Source of the DNA: an uncultured Thermoanaerobaculia bacterium
GTDB lineage: Bacteria; Acidobacteriota; Thermoanaerobaculia; Multivoradales; JAGPDF01
Assembly (NCBI GenBank): GCA_964618415.1
Contig: CAZUAT010000002.1
Location: forward strand, 47,758 to 111,757
Direction: 5' to 3'
DNA: 64,000 nt
The notes under the pieces were generated by a model. That model saw nothing but the letters and a program-made list of their open reading frames with translations. It made no database searches and had not been told where the DNA came from. Every line of letters begins with the position of its first letter. Position 1 is the first letter of the stretch. Shown here in pieces: positions 22,780-32,700 of the stretch. The translations under genes were made by a program, and so were the position numbers.

Positions 22780-23399
22780 GCGGCCGCGGCGCGCTGCTGC
22801 TGGCCGGCTCCTACCTGCTCGGTTCGATCTCGTTCAGCCTGCTGGTGGTCTGGCTGAGCGCCCGGATCGACGTGCGGACCGTCGGCAGCGGCAACGCGGG
22901 CGCGACCAACGTGCTGCGCACCAGCGGGCGGTGGCTCGCCCTGCTGGTCGTCGTGCTGGACATGGCCAAGGGGTTCGCCCCGGTGCGCTTCGCGCTGGTC
23001 TCGGGACTGCCGGTGGCGCTCGCCGCAGCGGCCGGATTTGCGGCGATGATCGGGCACAGCTTTCCGGTCTTCTTCGGCTTCCGGGGCGGCAAAGGGGTGG
23101 CGACTGCGTTCGGCGCGTTCCTCGCCCTGATGCCGCTGGCCGCCGGCCTCGGCCTCGCCCTTTTCGTCCTCGTGGTGGCGCGTACCCGCTACGTGTCGCT
23201 GGGCTCGATCGTCGCGGCGCTCGCGCTGCCGCCGCTCGTCGTGCTGCTGGGGCGCAGCGGTCTCGCGCCGGCCCTGCCCCCCGGCGCGGTCGCGGTGATC
23301 GTCTGCGCGGCCGCGCTGATCCTGTTTCAGCATCGCAACAACGTGGCCCGGTTGCGGGCCGGTACCGAGCGTCGGCTCGGCGAAAGGAGCCGCACGTGA
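22776..23399 (+). CDS. plsY: Glycerol-3-phosphate acyltransferase PlsY
   Basis: Motifs are GSISFS, GSGNAGATNVLRT and HSFPVFFGFRGGKGVAT. It is a multi-TM protein. The GTG start overlaps the cinA stop. Confidence 0.85.
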   Translation: MSGRGALLLAGSYLLGSISFSLLVVWLSARIDVRTVGSGNAGATNVLRTSGRWLALLVVVLDMAKGFAPVRFALVSGLPVALAAAAGFAAMIGHSFPVFFGFRGGKGVATAFGAFLALMPLAAGLGLALFVLVVARTRYVSLGSIVAALALPPLVVLLGRSGLAPALPPGAVAVIVCAAALILFQHRNNVARLRAGTERRLGERSRT

Positions 23400-24409
23400 G
23401 CCTTCTGGGAGTCCTCGGAGCGGGGTCGTTCGGGACCGCGGTGGCGGTGCATGCCGCCGGTACCGGTCGGCCGACCCGGCTGTGGGCGCGGCGCGCCGAC
23501 CAGGCGCGTGAAATGCACGAGCGTCGCGAGAACACGCTCTATCTGCCCGGCATTCCGTTCCCGGACCGGCTCGAAGTGACCGCCGACCTGGAAGCGATGG
23601 CCGAGGTGGAAACGCTCGTCGTCGCAGTGCCGTCGCACGGCTACCGCGCCGCGCTCGCCGCGTTCCTGGCTCGGCGCGGGGAGCGCCGGCCGCTGACCGT
23701 CGTTTCAGCGACCAAGGGAATCGAGATCGACACGCTGGCGCGGATGAGCCGGGTGTCGATCGAGGAGGGCGAGCGCAGCGGCACGCCGATCCGGTTCGCG
23801 GTGTTCTCGGGCCCCACCTTCGCGGCCGAACTGGCGCGCGGCATGCCTTCGGCCGCCGTGGTGGCGAGCAGCGACGAGCAGGTGGCGGCGACGCTGCGCG
23901 AGGAGCTGGCCTCGCGCAGCCTGCGCCTTTACTCTTCTGGGGACGTGGTCGGGGTGGAGCTCGCCGGCACGGCGAAGAACGTCATCGCGATCGCCGCCGG
24001 TGTCCTGGCCGGGCTCGGCCTCGGCCACAACATCCTGGCGGCGCTGATCACCCGTGGACTGCACGAGATGACCCGCCTGGCGGTCGCCTCGGGCGGCGAC
24101 CCGGAGACGCTGCGCGGACTGGCCGGCCTCGGCGACCTCGTGCTGACCTGCACCGGCGGCCTGTCGCGCAATCGCCGGTTGGGCATGGAGCTGGCCCGCG
24201 GTCGGACGCTCGCCGAGGTCCAGAGCGGCACGTCCGAGGTGGCCGAGGGAGCGCGCAGCTCGCTGGCGCTGCGCCAGCTGGCCGCCGAGCGGGGGATCGA
24301 GATGCCGATCGTCGAGCAGATGACCGCAGTCATGTACGGGGGCAAGAGCCCTGAGGCGGCGCTCACCGACCTGATGTCGCGCGAACTCAAGGACGAGGCG
24401 CGGCTCTGA
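23396..24409 (+). CDS. gpsA: NAD(P)H-dependent glycerol-3-phosphate dehydrogenase
   Basis: An AAAGGAG RBS precedes the GTG. Motifs are GAGSFGTAVA, the GTAKNVIAIAAG motif, then LGDLVLTCTGGLSRNR. It overlaps the plsY stop. Confidence 0.9.
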   Translation: MSLLGVLGAGSFGTAVAVHAAGTGRPTRLWARRADQAREMHERRENTLYLPGIPFPDRLEVTADLEAMAEVETLVVAVPSHGYRAALAAFLARRGERRPLTVVSATKGIEIDTLARMSRVSIEEGERSGTPIRFAVFSGPTFAAELARGMPSAAVVASSDEQVAATLREELASRSLRLYSSGDVVGVELAGTAKNVIAIAAGVLAGLGLGHNILAALITRGLHEMTRLAVASGGDPETLRGLAGLGDLVLTCTGGLSRNRRLGMELARGRTLAEVQSGTSEVAEGARSSLALRQLAAERGIEMPIVEQMTAVMYGGKSPEAALTDLMSRELKDEARL

Positions 24410-24441
24410 TCGCCCCGGCGTCTCGATAGACTGGCGGCTCC

Positions 24442-25986
24442 ATGGCCGGCGACCACCAGTTCCTGCTCATCCTCGATTTCGGCAGTCAGTTCACCCAGCT
24501 CATTGCGCGTCGGGCGCGCGAACAGCGCGTCTACTGCGAAGTGCATCCGTTCGATCTGCCGATCGAGGAGATCCGCCGCCGCGCGCCGATCGGCATCGTT
24601 CTGTCGGGCGGACCGCAGAGCGTCTACGACAGCGACGCGCCGCTGCCGCGGCCGGAGCTGTTCGAGCTCGGCGTGCCCGTGCTCGGCATCTGCTACGGCA
24701 TGCAGGCGGCGGCGCGGCTGCTCGGCGGCGAGGTCCAGTCCGCCACCCACCGTGAGTACGGGCGGGCCGAGCTCGAGGTGACCGAGCCGGGGGCGCTGTT
24801 CGCCGGTCTGGCTGCGCGCGAGACCGTCTGGATGAGCCACGGCGACCGGGTGACCGCGCCGCCAGCGGGGGCGCGCGTGACCGCGCGCAGTGAGAGCGTC
24901 GACATCGTCGCGTTCGAGGACGCCGAGCGCCGGCTGTACGGAATCCAGTTCCACCCCGAGGTCAGTCATACCCAGAACGGCAGCGCCCTGCTCCACAACT
25001 TCCTCTATCGCGTCTGCGGGGCGCGGGGCGACTGGACGATGGCGGGCTACCTGGACGAGGCGGTTCGTGGGCTGCGCGACCGCATCGGAGAGGACCGCGT
25101 CCTGTGCGGGATCTCCGGCGGCGTCGACTCGGCGGTGACGGCGGCTCTGCTGCAACGCGCGGTCGGCGACCGGCTCACCTCGGTGTTCGTCGACACCGGG
25201 CTGCTGCGGCTCGACGAGCGCCGCCAGGTGGAGGACAGCCTCACCGACGGGCTCGGTATCCCGGTCGTCACTGTCGACGCGGGGGCTGAGTTCCTCGCCG
25301 CGCTGGCCGGCGTGACCGACCCGGAGGCCAAGCGCAAGACGATCGGCCGCCTGTTCATCGATGTCTTCGAGCGCGAGGCGAAGCGGTTCGAGCGCGTCCG
25401 CTATCTCGCCCAGGGGACGCTCTACCCGGACGTCATCGAGTCGACTTCGGTCAAGGGCCCGTCGGCGGTGATCAAGTCGCACCACAACGTCGGCGGGCTG
25501 CCGGAGCGGCTCGGCTTCGAGCTGATCGAGCCGCTGCGCTGGCTGTTCAAGGACGAGGTCCGGCAGCTCGGCCGCGAGCTCGGCCTGCCGGCCGAGTTCA
25601 TCGGTCGGCATCCGTTCCCGGGGCCGGGCCTGGCGGTGCGGATCCCCGGCGAGGTGACCGCCGAGCGGGTTCAGGTGCTGCAGCAGGCCGACGCGATCTT
25701 CCTCGCCGAACTGCGCGCCGCGGGCTGGTACGGCAAAGTCTCCCAGGCGTTCGCCGTCCTGCTGCCGGTGCGTTCGGTCGGCGTCATGGGCGACTTCCGC
25801 ACCTACGACAGCGTCCTCGCGCTGCGCGCCGTCGAGACGCAGGACTTCATGACCGCCGACTGGAGCCAGCTGCCGTACGACCTGCTCGGCCGGGCCGCCA
25901 ACCGGATCGTCAACGAGGTGCGGGGCGTCAACCGGGTGGTCTACGACGTGACCTCCAAGCCGCCCGGGACGATCGAGTGGGAGTGA
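24442..25986 (+). CDS. guaA: GMP synthase (glutamine-hydrolysing)
   Basis: It has a GATase domain (ILDFGSQFTQLIARR, GICYGMQ) and an ATP-PPase P-loop SGGVDSAV. The C-terminal dimerisation domain ends ..PPGTIEWE. Confidence 0.95.
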   Translation: MAGDHQFLLILDFGSQFTQLIARRAREQRVYCEVHPFDLPIEEIRRRAPIGIVLSGGPQSVYDSDAPLPRPELFELGVPVLGICYGMQAAARLLGGEVQSATHREYGRAELEVTEPGALFAGLAARETVWMSHGDRVTAPPAGARVTARSESVDIVAFEDAERRLYGIQFHPEVSHTQNGSALLHNFLYRVCGARGDWTMAGYLDEAVRGLRDRIGEDRVLCGISGGVDSAVTAALLQRAVGDRLTSVFVDTGLLRLDERRQVEDSLTDGLGIPVVTVDAGAEFLAALAGVTDPEAKRKTIGRLFIDVFEREAKRFERVRYLAQGTLYPDVIESTSVKGPSAVIKSHHNVGGLPERLGFELIEPLRWLFKDEVRQLGRELGLPAEFIGRHPFPGPGLAVRIPGEVTAERVQVLQQADAIFLAELRAAGWYGKVSQAFAVLLPVRSVGVMGDFRTYDSVLALRAVETQDFMTADWSQLPYDLLGRAANRIVNEVRGVNRVVYDVTSKPPGTIEWE

Positions 25987-26008
25987 CCGGAGCGGTGAGG
26001 CGGAGTCG

Positions 26009-27550
26009 ATGATTCCTGGAAACGCGGCAGGCGAGAGGGCGATCGAGATCGACGGCGAAAGTCTCGATTTCGACACCTTCCGGCGGGTGGCGCTGGGCGG
26101 CGAGGCGGTGCGGCTCGGCGAGGCAGCGCGGGCGCAGATCGAGGCGGCGCGCGGAGTGATCGACCGCGCCGTGGCGAGCGGCGAGGCGGTCTACGGCGTC
26201 AACACCGGCTTCGGCAATCTGGCCAACGTGCGGATCGACGACGCCGACCTCGAGACGCTGCAGCGCCACCTGCTCCTCTCCCACGCCGCCGGCGTGGGCG
26301 AGCCGCTGTCGGACGCGGCGGTGCGGGGCATGCTGCTGCTGCGCGCCAACACCTTGGCGCGCGGCCACTCCGGAGTGCGCGTCATCCTCGTGGAGCGGCT
26401 GCTCGAACTGCTGCGGCTCGGCATCCTGCCGGTCGTGCCGTCGCGGGGTTCGGTCGGCGCATCGGGAGATCTGGCGCCGCTGGCCCACCTCGCGCTGCCG
26501 CTGATCGGGGCTGGCGAGGTGCGCGTGGGCGGTCGGCGCCGGCCGGCGGCCGAAGCCCTGGCCGAGGCCGGCCTGGCGCCGCTCACGCTGGCCCCGCGCG
26601 AAGGGCTGGGCTTGATCAACGGGACGCAGGCGATGACGTCGCTGCTCGCCCTGGCAGTACTCGAAGCCCGCCGGCTGGTGCGCGCGGCCGACCTGGTCGG
26701 GGCGCTCACGACCGACGCGCTGCGCGGCACGGACGCCGCGTTCGACGAGCGGATCCAGGCGGTGCGACCGCACCCCGGTCAGGCAGCGGCCGCCGCGAAC
26801 CTGCGCCGGCTGCTGGTCGGCTCGGCGATCCGCGAATCGCATCGCCACGGCGACACGCGGATTCAGGACCCGTACTCGATTCGCTGCATGCCGCAGGTGC
26901 ACGGCGCGGTGCGGGACGTGCTGGACGATGTCGAGCGGAAGGTGCGGATCGAGATGAACGCCGCCACCGACAATCCGCTGGTCTTCGCGGCGGCCGACGA
27001 GACCGTCTCGGGCGGCAACTTCCACGGCGAACCGATGGCGATGGCCGCCGACTTCCTGGCCATCGCGCTGTGCGAGCTCGGGTCGATCTCGGAGCGACGC
27101 ACGGAGAAGCTGACCAACGACGTCTTCTCCGGGCTGCCGCCGTTCCTGGTCGCCAACGCGGGACTCAACTCGGGGTTCATGATGGCGCACGTGACGGCGG
27201 CGGCGCTGGTGTCCGAGAACAAGACGCTGGCCCATCCTGCCTCGGTCGACTCGATCCCGACCTCGGCCGACAAGGAGGACCATGTCTCGATGGGGATGGG
27301 TGCGGCGCTCAAACTGATGCGCGTGATCGACAACCTGCGGTCGATTCTGGCGGTCGAACTCACCGCCGCCGCGCAGGGGATCGATCTGCTGCGGCCACTG
27401 GCCAGCAGCGTGGCGCTCGAGCGGCTGCACGCCGATCTGCGCCAGTCGATTGCGCCGTGGGACCACGACCGCGAGATGGCGCCCGATCTCGAAGCGGCGC
27501 GTCGCTTTCTCTCGACCGAGGTCGACCGCCACCTGGACGGGCTTGGCTGA
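26009..27550 (+). CDS. hutH: Histidine ammonia-lyase
   Basis: The MIO-forming ASG triad lies in GSVGASGDLAPLAHL. It is family-typical in YGVNTGFG and in the segment HGEPMAMAAD. Confidence 0.9.
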   Translation: MIPGNAAGERAIEIDGESLDFDTFRRVALGGEAVRLGEAARAQIEAARGVIDRAVASGEAVYGVNTGFGNLANVRIDDADLETLQRHLLLSHAAGVGEPLSDAAVRGMLLLRANTLARGHSGVRVILVERLLELLRLGILPVVPSRGSVGASGDLAPLAHLALPLIGAGEVRVGGRRRPAAEALAEAGLAPLTLAPREGLGLINGTQAMTSLLALAVLEARRLVRAADLVGALTTDALRGTDAAFDERIQAVRPHPGQAAAAANLRRLLVGSAIRESHRHGDTRIQDPYSIRCMPQVHGAVRDVLDDVERKVRIEMNAATDNPLVFAAADETVSGGNFHGEPMAMAADFLAIALCELGSISERRTEKLTNDVFSGLPPFLVANAGLNSGFMMAHVTAAALVSENKTLAHPASVDSIPTSADKEDHVSMGMGAALKLMRVIDNLRSILAVELTAAAQGIDLLRPLASSVALERLHADLRQSIAPWDHDREMAPDLEAARRFLSTEVDRHLDGLG

Positions 27551-28029
27551 CCTGCAACTGCGGCGCGAGAAGCGGGAACTGCAGAGGGACGAAGCCGACG
27601 ATCGGGTGGAAGGCCCGGGAGAGCATCGCGCGTTGCCTGGGAGGCCCGCGCGCGACCTCGCCGTCGCGCGCGGCAGCAACTCGATACTGGACACCGCCGG
27701 AATGGCAGGTCGGAACAGCGCACCCAGCCGGAGGCTCGCGATGGCCAGGCTATTCGAGGCTGCCCGACGCTGGGGTGTGCGGAATCCGTACTGCCGATGC
27801 TTCCGCGGAACCTTCCACTCCCGACCGTCGAGGGCCATTGAACCGCCCCCGGGGCGCGAAGTCAAGGCGCCGGCCTGGGGCGAAACACCCCGTATTTCAT
27901 CCAAAATCCCGGATCTTCTTGAGCCGCCGGCACCTGCGGCGACGTGACAGTTTTTCCCCGCCTCGCCGCCGACGCCCCGCCGCCCGGGCGGCGGCCGGCG
28001 CTCCGTCCAGGTCGAACTAGAATCGCCCC

Positions 28030-29712
28030 ATGAACCCGGCTGCAAGCCCTCCCCGGACCGTCCAGGCGCCCCGTGGATCGGCGATCTCCTGCCTCGGCTG
28101 GCAGCAGGAGGCCGCCCTGCGGATGCTCATGAACAACCTCGACCCGGAGGTGGCCGAACGACCGGCCGACCTGGTCGTCTACGGCGGTTCGGGCAAGGCA
28201 GCGCGCAACTGGGACTGCTTCGAGGCGCTGGTGGCGACGCTGCGCCGGCTCGGCGCCGACGAGACGCTGCTCGTGCAGTCGGGCAAACCGGTGGCGGTCT
28301 TCCGGACTCACCCCGGCGCGCCGCGGGTGTTGATCGCCAACTCCAACCTGGTGCCCCACTGGGCGACCATCGACGAGTTCCGCCGCCTCGAGGGGCTGGG
28401 GCTGACGATGTACGGCCAGATGACCGCCGGTTCCTGGATCTACATCGGCACCCAGGGGATCCTGCAGGGGACGTTCGAGACGCTGGCCGAGTGCGCGCGC
28501 CAGCGCTTCGGCGGCACGCTGGCGGGCCGCCTGGCCGTGACTGCCGGGCTGGGGGGCATGGGCGGCGCGCAACCGCTCGCGGTCACGATGAACGAGGGCG
28601 TCTGCCTGGTCGCGGAGGTCGACCGGTCGCGCATCGACAAGCGACTCGAAACGCGCTACCTGGATCGCGTCGCACCGGACCTCGACGCCGGGATCGACGC
28701 CGCGCTGGCGGCCGTGGCGGCGCGCGAAGCGGTGTCGATCGCCGTCGAGGCCAACGCCGTCGACCTGCTCGAACGGCTGCTCGAGCGGGGCGTGCAGCCC
28801 GACCTGGTGACCGACCAGACCTCGGCGCACGACAACCTGCACGGCTACGTGCCGCATGGCCTGACCTTCGCGGAGGCACTGGAGCTGCGGGCGGTCCATC
28901 CCGAGACCTACGTCGAGCGCGCGATGCAGTCGATGGCCACGCACGTTCGGGCGATGCTCGAGCTGCAGCGGCGGGGCGCGGTGGTGTTCGACTACGGCAA
29001 CAACCTGCGCGGCCAGGCACAGGAGGCCGGGGTCTCCGACGCTTTCGAGATCGGCGGTTTCGTGCCGCTGTTCATCCGGCCGCTGTTCTGCACCGGGCAG
29101 GGGCCGTTCCGATGGGCGGTGCTGTCGGGCGATCCGGCGGATCTCGCGGCCACCGACGCGGCGATCCTCGAAGCGTTCCCGGACGACGCAAAACTGCATC
29201 GCTGGATCCGCATGGCGCGCGAGCGCGTGGCGTTCCAGGGGCTGCCAGCGCGGATCTGCTGGCTGGGCTACGGCGAGCGGGCCCGCGCCGGCCGGGTGTT
29301 CAACGACCTCGTCGCCTCCGGCCGGGTCTCGGCGCCGATCGTCATCGGACGCGACCATCTCGACTGCGGGTCGGTGGCCTCGCCCTACCGCGAGACGGAA
29401 GGCATGCGGGACGGCTCGGACGCGATCGCTGACTGGCCGCTGCTCAACGCCCTGCTCAACGCCGTCAACGGTGCCACCTGGGTGTCGCTCCATCACGGCG
29501 GCGGGGTGGGGATCGGCAACTCGATCCACGCCGGTATGGTCATCGTGGCCGACGGCACACCGGAGGCTGCCGAGCGGCTCGAACGCGTGCTGACGGGCGA
29601 CCCCGGCATGGGCGTCGTCCGGCACGCGGACGCCGGCTATCCGGAGGCGATCGCCTGCGCCGCCGAGCGCGGGGTCGATCTGCCGATGTTGCGTCGCCCC
29701 GCGGAGGACTGA
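28030..29712 (+). CDS. hutU: Urocanate hydratase
   Basis: It spans 560 aa. Urocanase-family motifs are present ([44 protein letters not shown]). Confidence 0.9.
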   Translation: MNPAASPPRTVQAPRGSAISCLGWQQEAALRMLMNNLDPEVAERPADLVVYGGSGKAARNWDCFEALVATLRRLGADETLLVQSGKPVAVFRTHPGAPRVLIANSNLVPHWATIDEFRRLEGLGLTMYGQMTAGSWIYIGTQGILQGTFETLAECARQRFGGTLAGRLAVTAGLGGMGGAQPLAVTMNEGVCLVAEVDRSRIDKRLETRYLDRVAPDLDAGIDAALAAVAAREAVSIAVEANAVDLLERLLERGVQPDLVTDQTSAHDNLHGYVPHGLTFAEALELRAVHPETYVERAMQSMATHVRAMLELQRRGAVVFDYGNNLRGQAQEAGVSDAFEIGGFVPLFIRPLFCTGQGPFRWAVLSGDPADLAATDAAILEAFPDDAKLHRWIRMARERVAFQGLPARICWLGYGERARAGRVFNDLVASGRVSAPIVIGRDHLDCGSVASPYRETEGMRDGSDAIADWPLLNALLNAVNGATWVSLHHGGGVGIGNSIHAGMVIVADGTPEAAERLERVLTGDPGMGVVRHADAGYPEAIACAAERGVDLPMLRRPAED

Positions 29713-29727
29713 GGCCAGGCAGCGGCT

Positions 29728-32700
29728 TTGCAGCCCCGGGGATCGATCGCCAAGTCCCCGGCTCTGCTGACTGCCCGAATCCGTGCCGCTGCCGCCATGA
29801 AGCGCCGACGCCCGCTGTCCGCTGCTACCGACCTCTTGCTGCTGGCAGCGCTGTCGGCGGCCCCGGCGCTGACTGCCGCGCCCGGCGCAGTGCTGCTGGG
29901 CGTCGCCACCGGGCTCTGGGCGCTGCAGGTCGGACGGCCGCGGGAACGGCGGGTCGGCGCGCTCACATTCGGCCTCGGGGCGGTCCTGCTGACCGTCGCC
30001 GCGCTGAGCGCCTGGCGGCCCGCCACCCCCCCGTCCCCCGTCGACCTGGAGCGCTCGCACGCGCGCTGGTGGGCGGAGCTCGACGGCGCGGCTCGCACGG
30101 CAGCGCAGACGCTCGGTGCTGACCTCGAGTCCGCCGCCCGCCGCGAGGTGCTCTTCGAGCGGCTGCAGGCGATCGGCGCCGGCGGGCGGGGGCGAATCGC
30201 CCGCACCCTGCTGCTCGTCGATCGGGACGGAGAAGCGGTCGCCTGGGGTGGTCCCGGTCTGCTGCACGACCTGCGGCCGGAGGAGATGACGGCCCCCGGT
30301 CGGGGGCTGCGTCAGAGCGCGACCGCCGCCACGCTGTTCACCTCGGTGCCGGTCGAAGCGCGACGGGGCTGGCACCTGGTCGCTGGAGCGAGCTTTGCCC
30401 GCGACGGAGCTCCGCCGCTGGCCGATCCCGCCCTTGCCGCGCGCGCACCAGGTGGCTGGCACCTGGTGGTCGGAGAAGGGGAGGGCGCCCCGACAAAGTT
30501 GGTCGTGGGGGCGGGCGACGGCCCAGCGGCGGAAGGCGGGGCGTGGCAGGGCGTGGCGACCGGTCTGGTCGCGCTGGGTCTGCTCTGGATCGCGGCTTTA
30601 CGGGCAGTCGGGCGGGCGCTGCTGTCCGGAACCGTGCTGCCGCCCCGACAGCCGGTCGCCAGTGTCCTGGTGCCCGCCGCGCTCGCCGCACTGCTGACAG
30701 TCCATGCGCTCGGTGCGAACGCCTCGGAACAGGGCGGGCTCGCCCTGGCTCTGACGACCGCGCTGGTCGGGATCGAAATCGGTCGCCGGCGGTGGGCGGG
30801 CAGGCTGGTGCCGGTGGCAACCCTGCTCGGCCTGCTCATGCCGGTGGCGCTCGCCCTGGCGCTGCGTTCGCTGGCCGACCCGCTGGCCCCGTGGAGCGAG
30901 GCGCGCTTCGGGGACGGCTCGGCGCTCGCCGGTCGTCTGGCGCTGCTGCTGGCCATCTTTGCACCCGTGGCCGTCGCGGCCGGGGGCGCGGCGTCGCGGC
31001 GGGGCGGGCGCTGGGGCTGGACGGCCGCAGCACTCGCCCTCCTGGGCGGGGCCCTGGCGGGCCGACCGATCGTCGCGCTCGTTGTCCTCGCCGCGGCCGG
31101 CCTGGCCGCGACCCGGATGGCAAGCGGGGCTCGGCTCGGGCTCAACCTGTCGACCGCGGCAGCGCTGCTCGTCAGCGGTCTGATCGGCGGCGGCGCCGGG
31201 GCGGCGGGCGAGCAGCTGGCGATCGAGCGCGCGCTGCCGCGTCAGGCCCGGCATCTGATGCCGCCTTCGCCCGCAGAGCTGGTGGGCGTCGCCGCCGCCA
31301 TGGACGAGGCGCTGGCTCGCCACGACCCCGCCCGGTTTCTGCCGGCGGATGGCAGTGTCACGGGGCGTGGTGACTTGGCGTTCGCGATCTGGCGGGATTC
31401 CCCGCTGGCCCGCGTCGACCTGCTCTCGGCGCTGGTCGTGGAGTTCGAGGACGGTGGGCGCTCGACCTTCTCCTACGGGTTGCCGATCGACGCGGCCGGT
31501 GACCTCGTGTCGGCGCCGGAGCGGTGGTCGGACCTGGAGGAACAGAGCTGGCCGGAGCGACGGATCGGCGGCGTCATCGAGCGGACGATTCCGGCAGTCG
31601 GCGCGGCCGGCGACGAGTTCGGAGCGGTGCGCCAGCTGCGCTGGTGGGCCGTGCCGCGCGTCGGCTTCGGTGCCGGCGCGACGTGGACACCCGATCTGGA
31701 GTCGACGCTGCTGCGCGGCCTCACCCTGGGAGCACGGCCGTTCGGGCTCGCGCCACAGGTGCGATACGTGGTGCGCGGCGCCGAGGGGAGCTGGCGCGCC
31801 TCGTCCTGGCTCGAAGGCACACCGCCGGTCGAGCGCTGGCCCGCGCCGGGCACGATCGGGGAGGTCATGACCCCCGACGGGACGGCGCGAGCGGCGGCGG
31901 AGACGGGCGGGTCGCTGCGGGTGGCCGTCTTTCTGCCGCGGCCTGGACCCGGTGCGGCGCTCGAGCGGACCGGTTCCGTCGCCGCCGCGCCGCTGCTCGC
32001 CCTGCTGGCGCTGCTCGCGCTCGGCTGGCTGCTGGCGCTGCCGCGCAGCGCCGTTCGAGACCTCCTGCGGCGGGCCACGCGGTCGTACTCGAAGCGGCTC
32101 GTGATCGTCTTCGCGGCACTGCTGCTGCTCCCGGTCGGCGCGTTCTACTTCTTTCTCTCGCGAACGCTCGAGCGCCGGATCGTCCGCGCGCAGGAGGACG
32201 CGGCGCGGGCGGCGCTCGGTTCGGCGCAGCGCGTGCTGGGAGAGTACGTGCTGACCCTGCAGCCCGGCTTCGGAGTTGGCACGGCGATCGATGACGTGCT
32301 GCTGGAATGGCTGTCGCGCGTCGTGCGCCACGATGTCCACCTCTACTGGGGCAGTGAGATCTACGCCTCGTCGAAGCGCGACCTGTTTGCCGCCGGGCTG
32401 CTGCCGCGTCGGCTGCCCGGCGACGTGCAGGCGCGCCTCGAGCTGGGCGGCGACCGGCTGGCGCGGCGCACCGGCCAGGTCGGTGCGGCCGAGTATCTGG
32501 AGCTGTACACGCCGCTCGCGGTCCCGGGTGAAGTGGAAGCCGACGACGGCTCTGCGACGCGGCTCGTCCTGTCGATGCCTCTGCTCGCGCAGCAGGAGGA
32601 GGCGGTGGCGGAGGCGGCGCGACTACGCCGGCGGGCGCTGCTGGCCTCGCTGGCGTTGCTGGTGGCGCTGGCGGCGACCGGCGCCCGGGCGGCGCGCCGC

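Noticed and set aside
23929-28045. 715-aa minus ORF (23929..26076), 705-aa minus ORF (25928..28045) and 866-aa minus ORF (27862..30462)
   Set aside because: They lie antisense to guaA, hutH and hutU, which all have textbook motifs. The long open frames are a consequence of ~70% GC.
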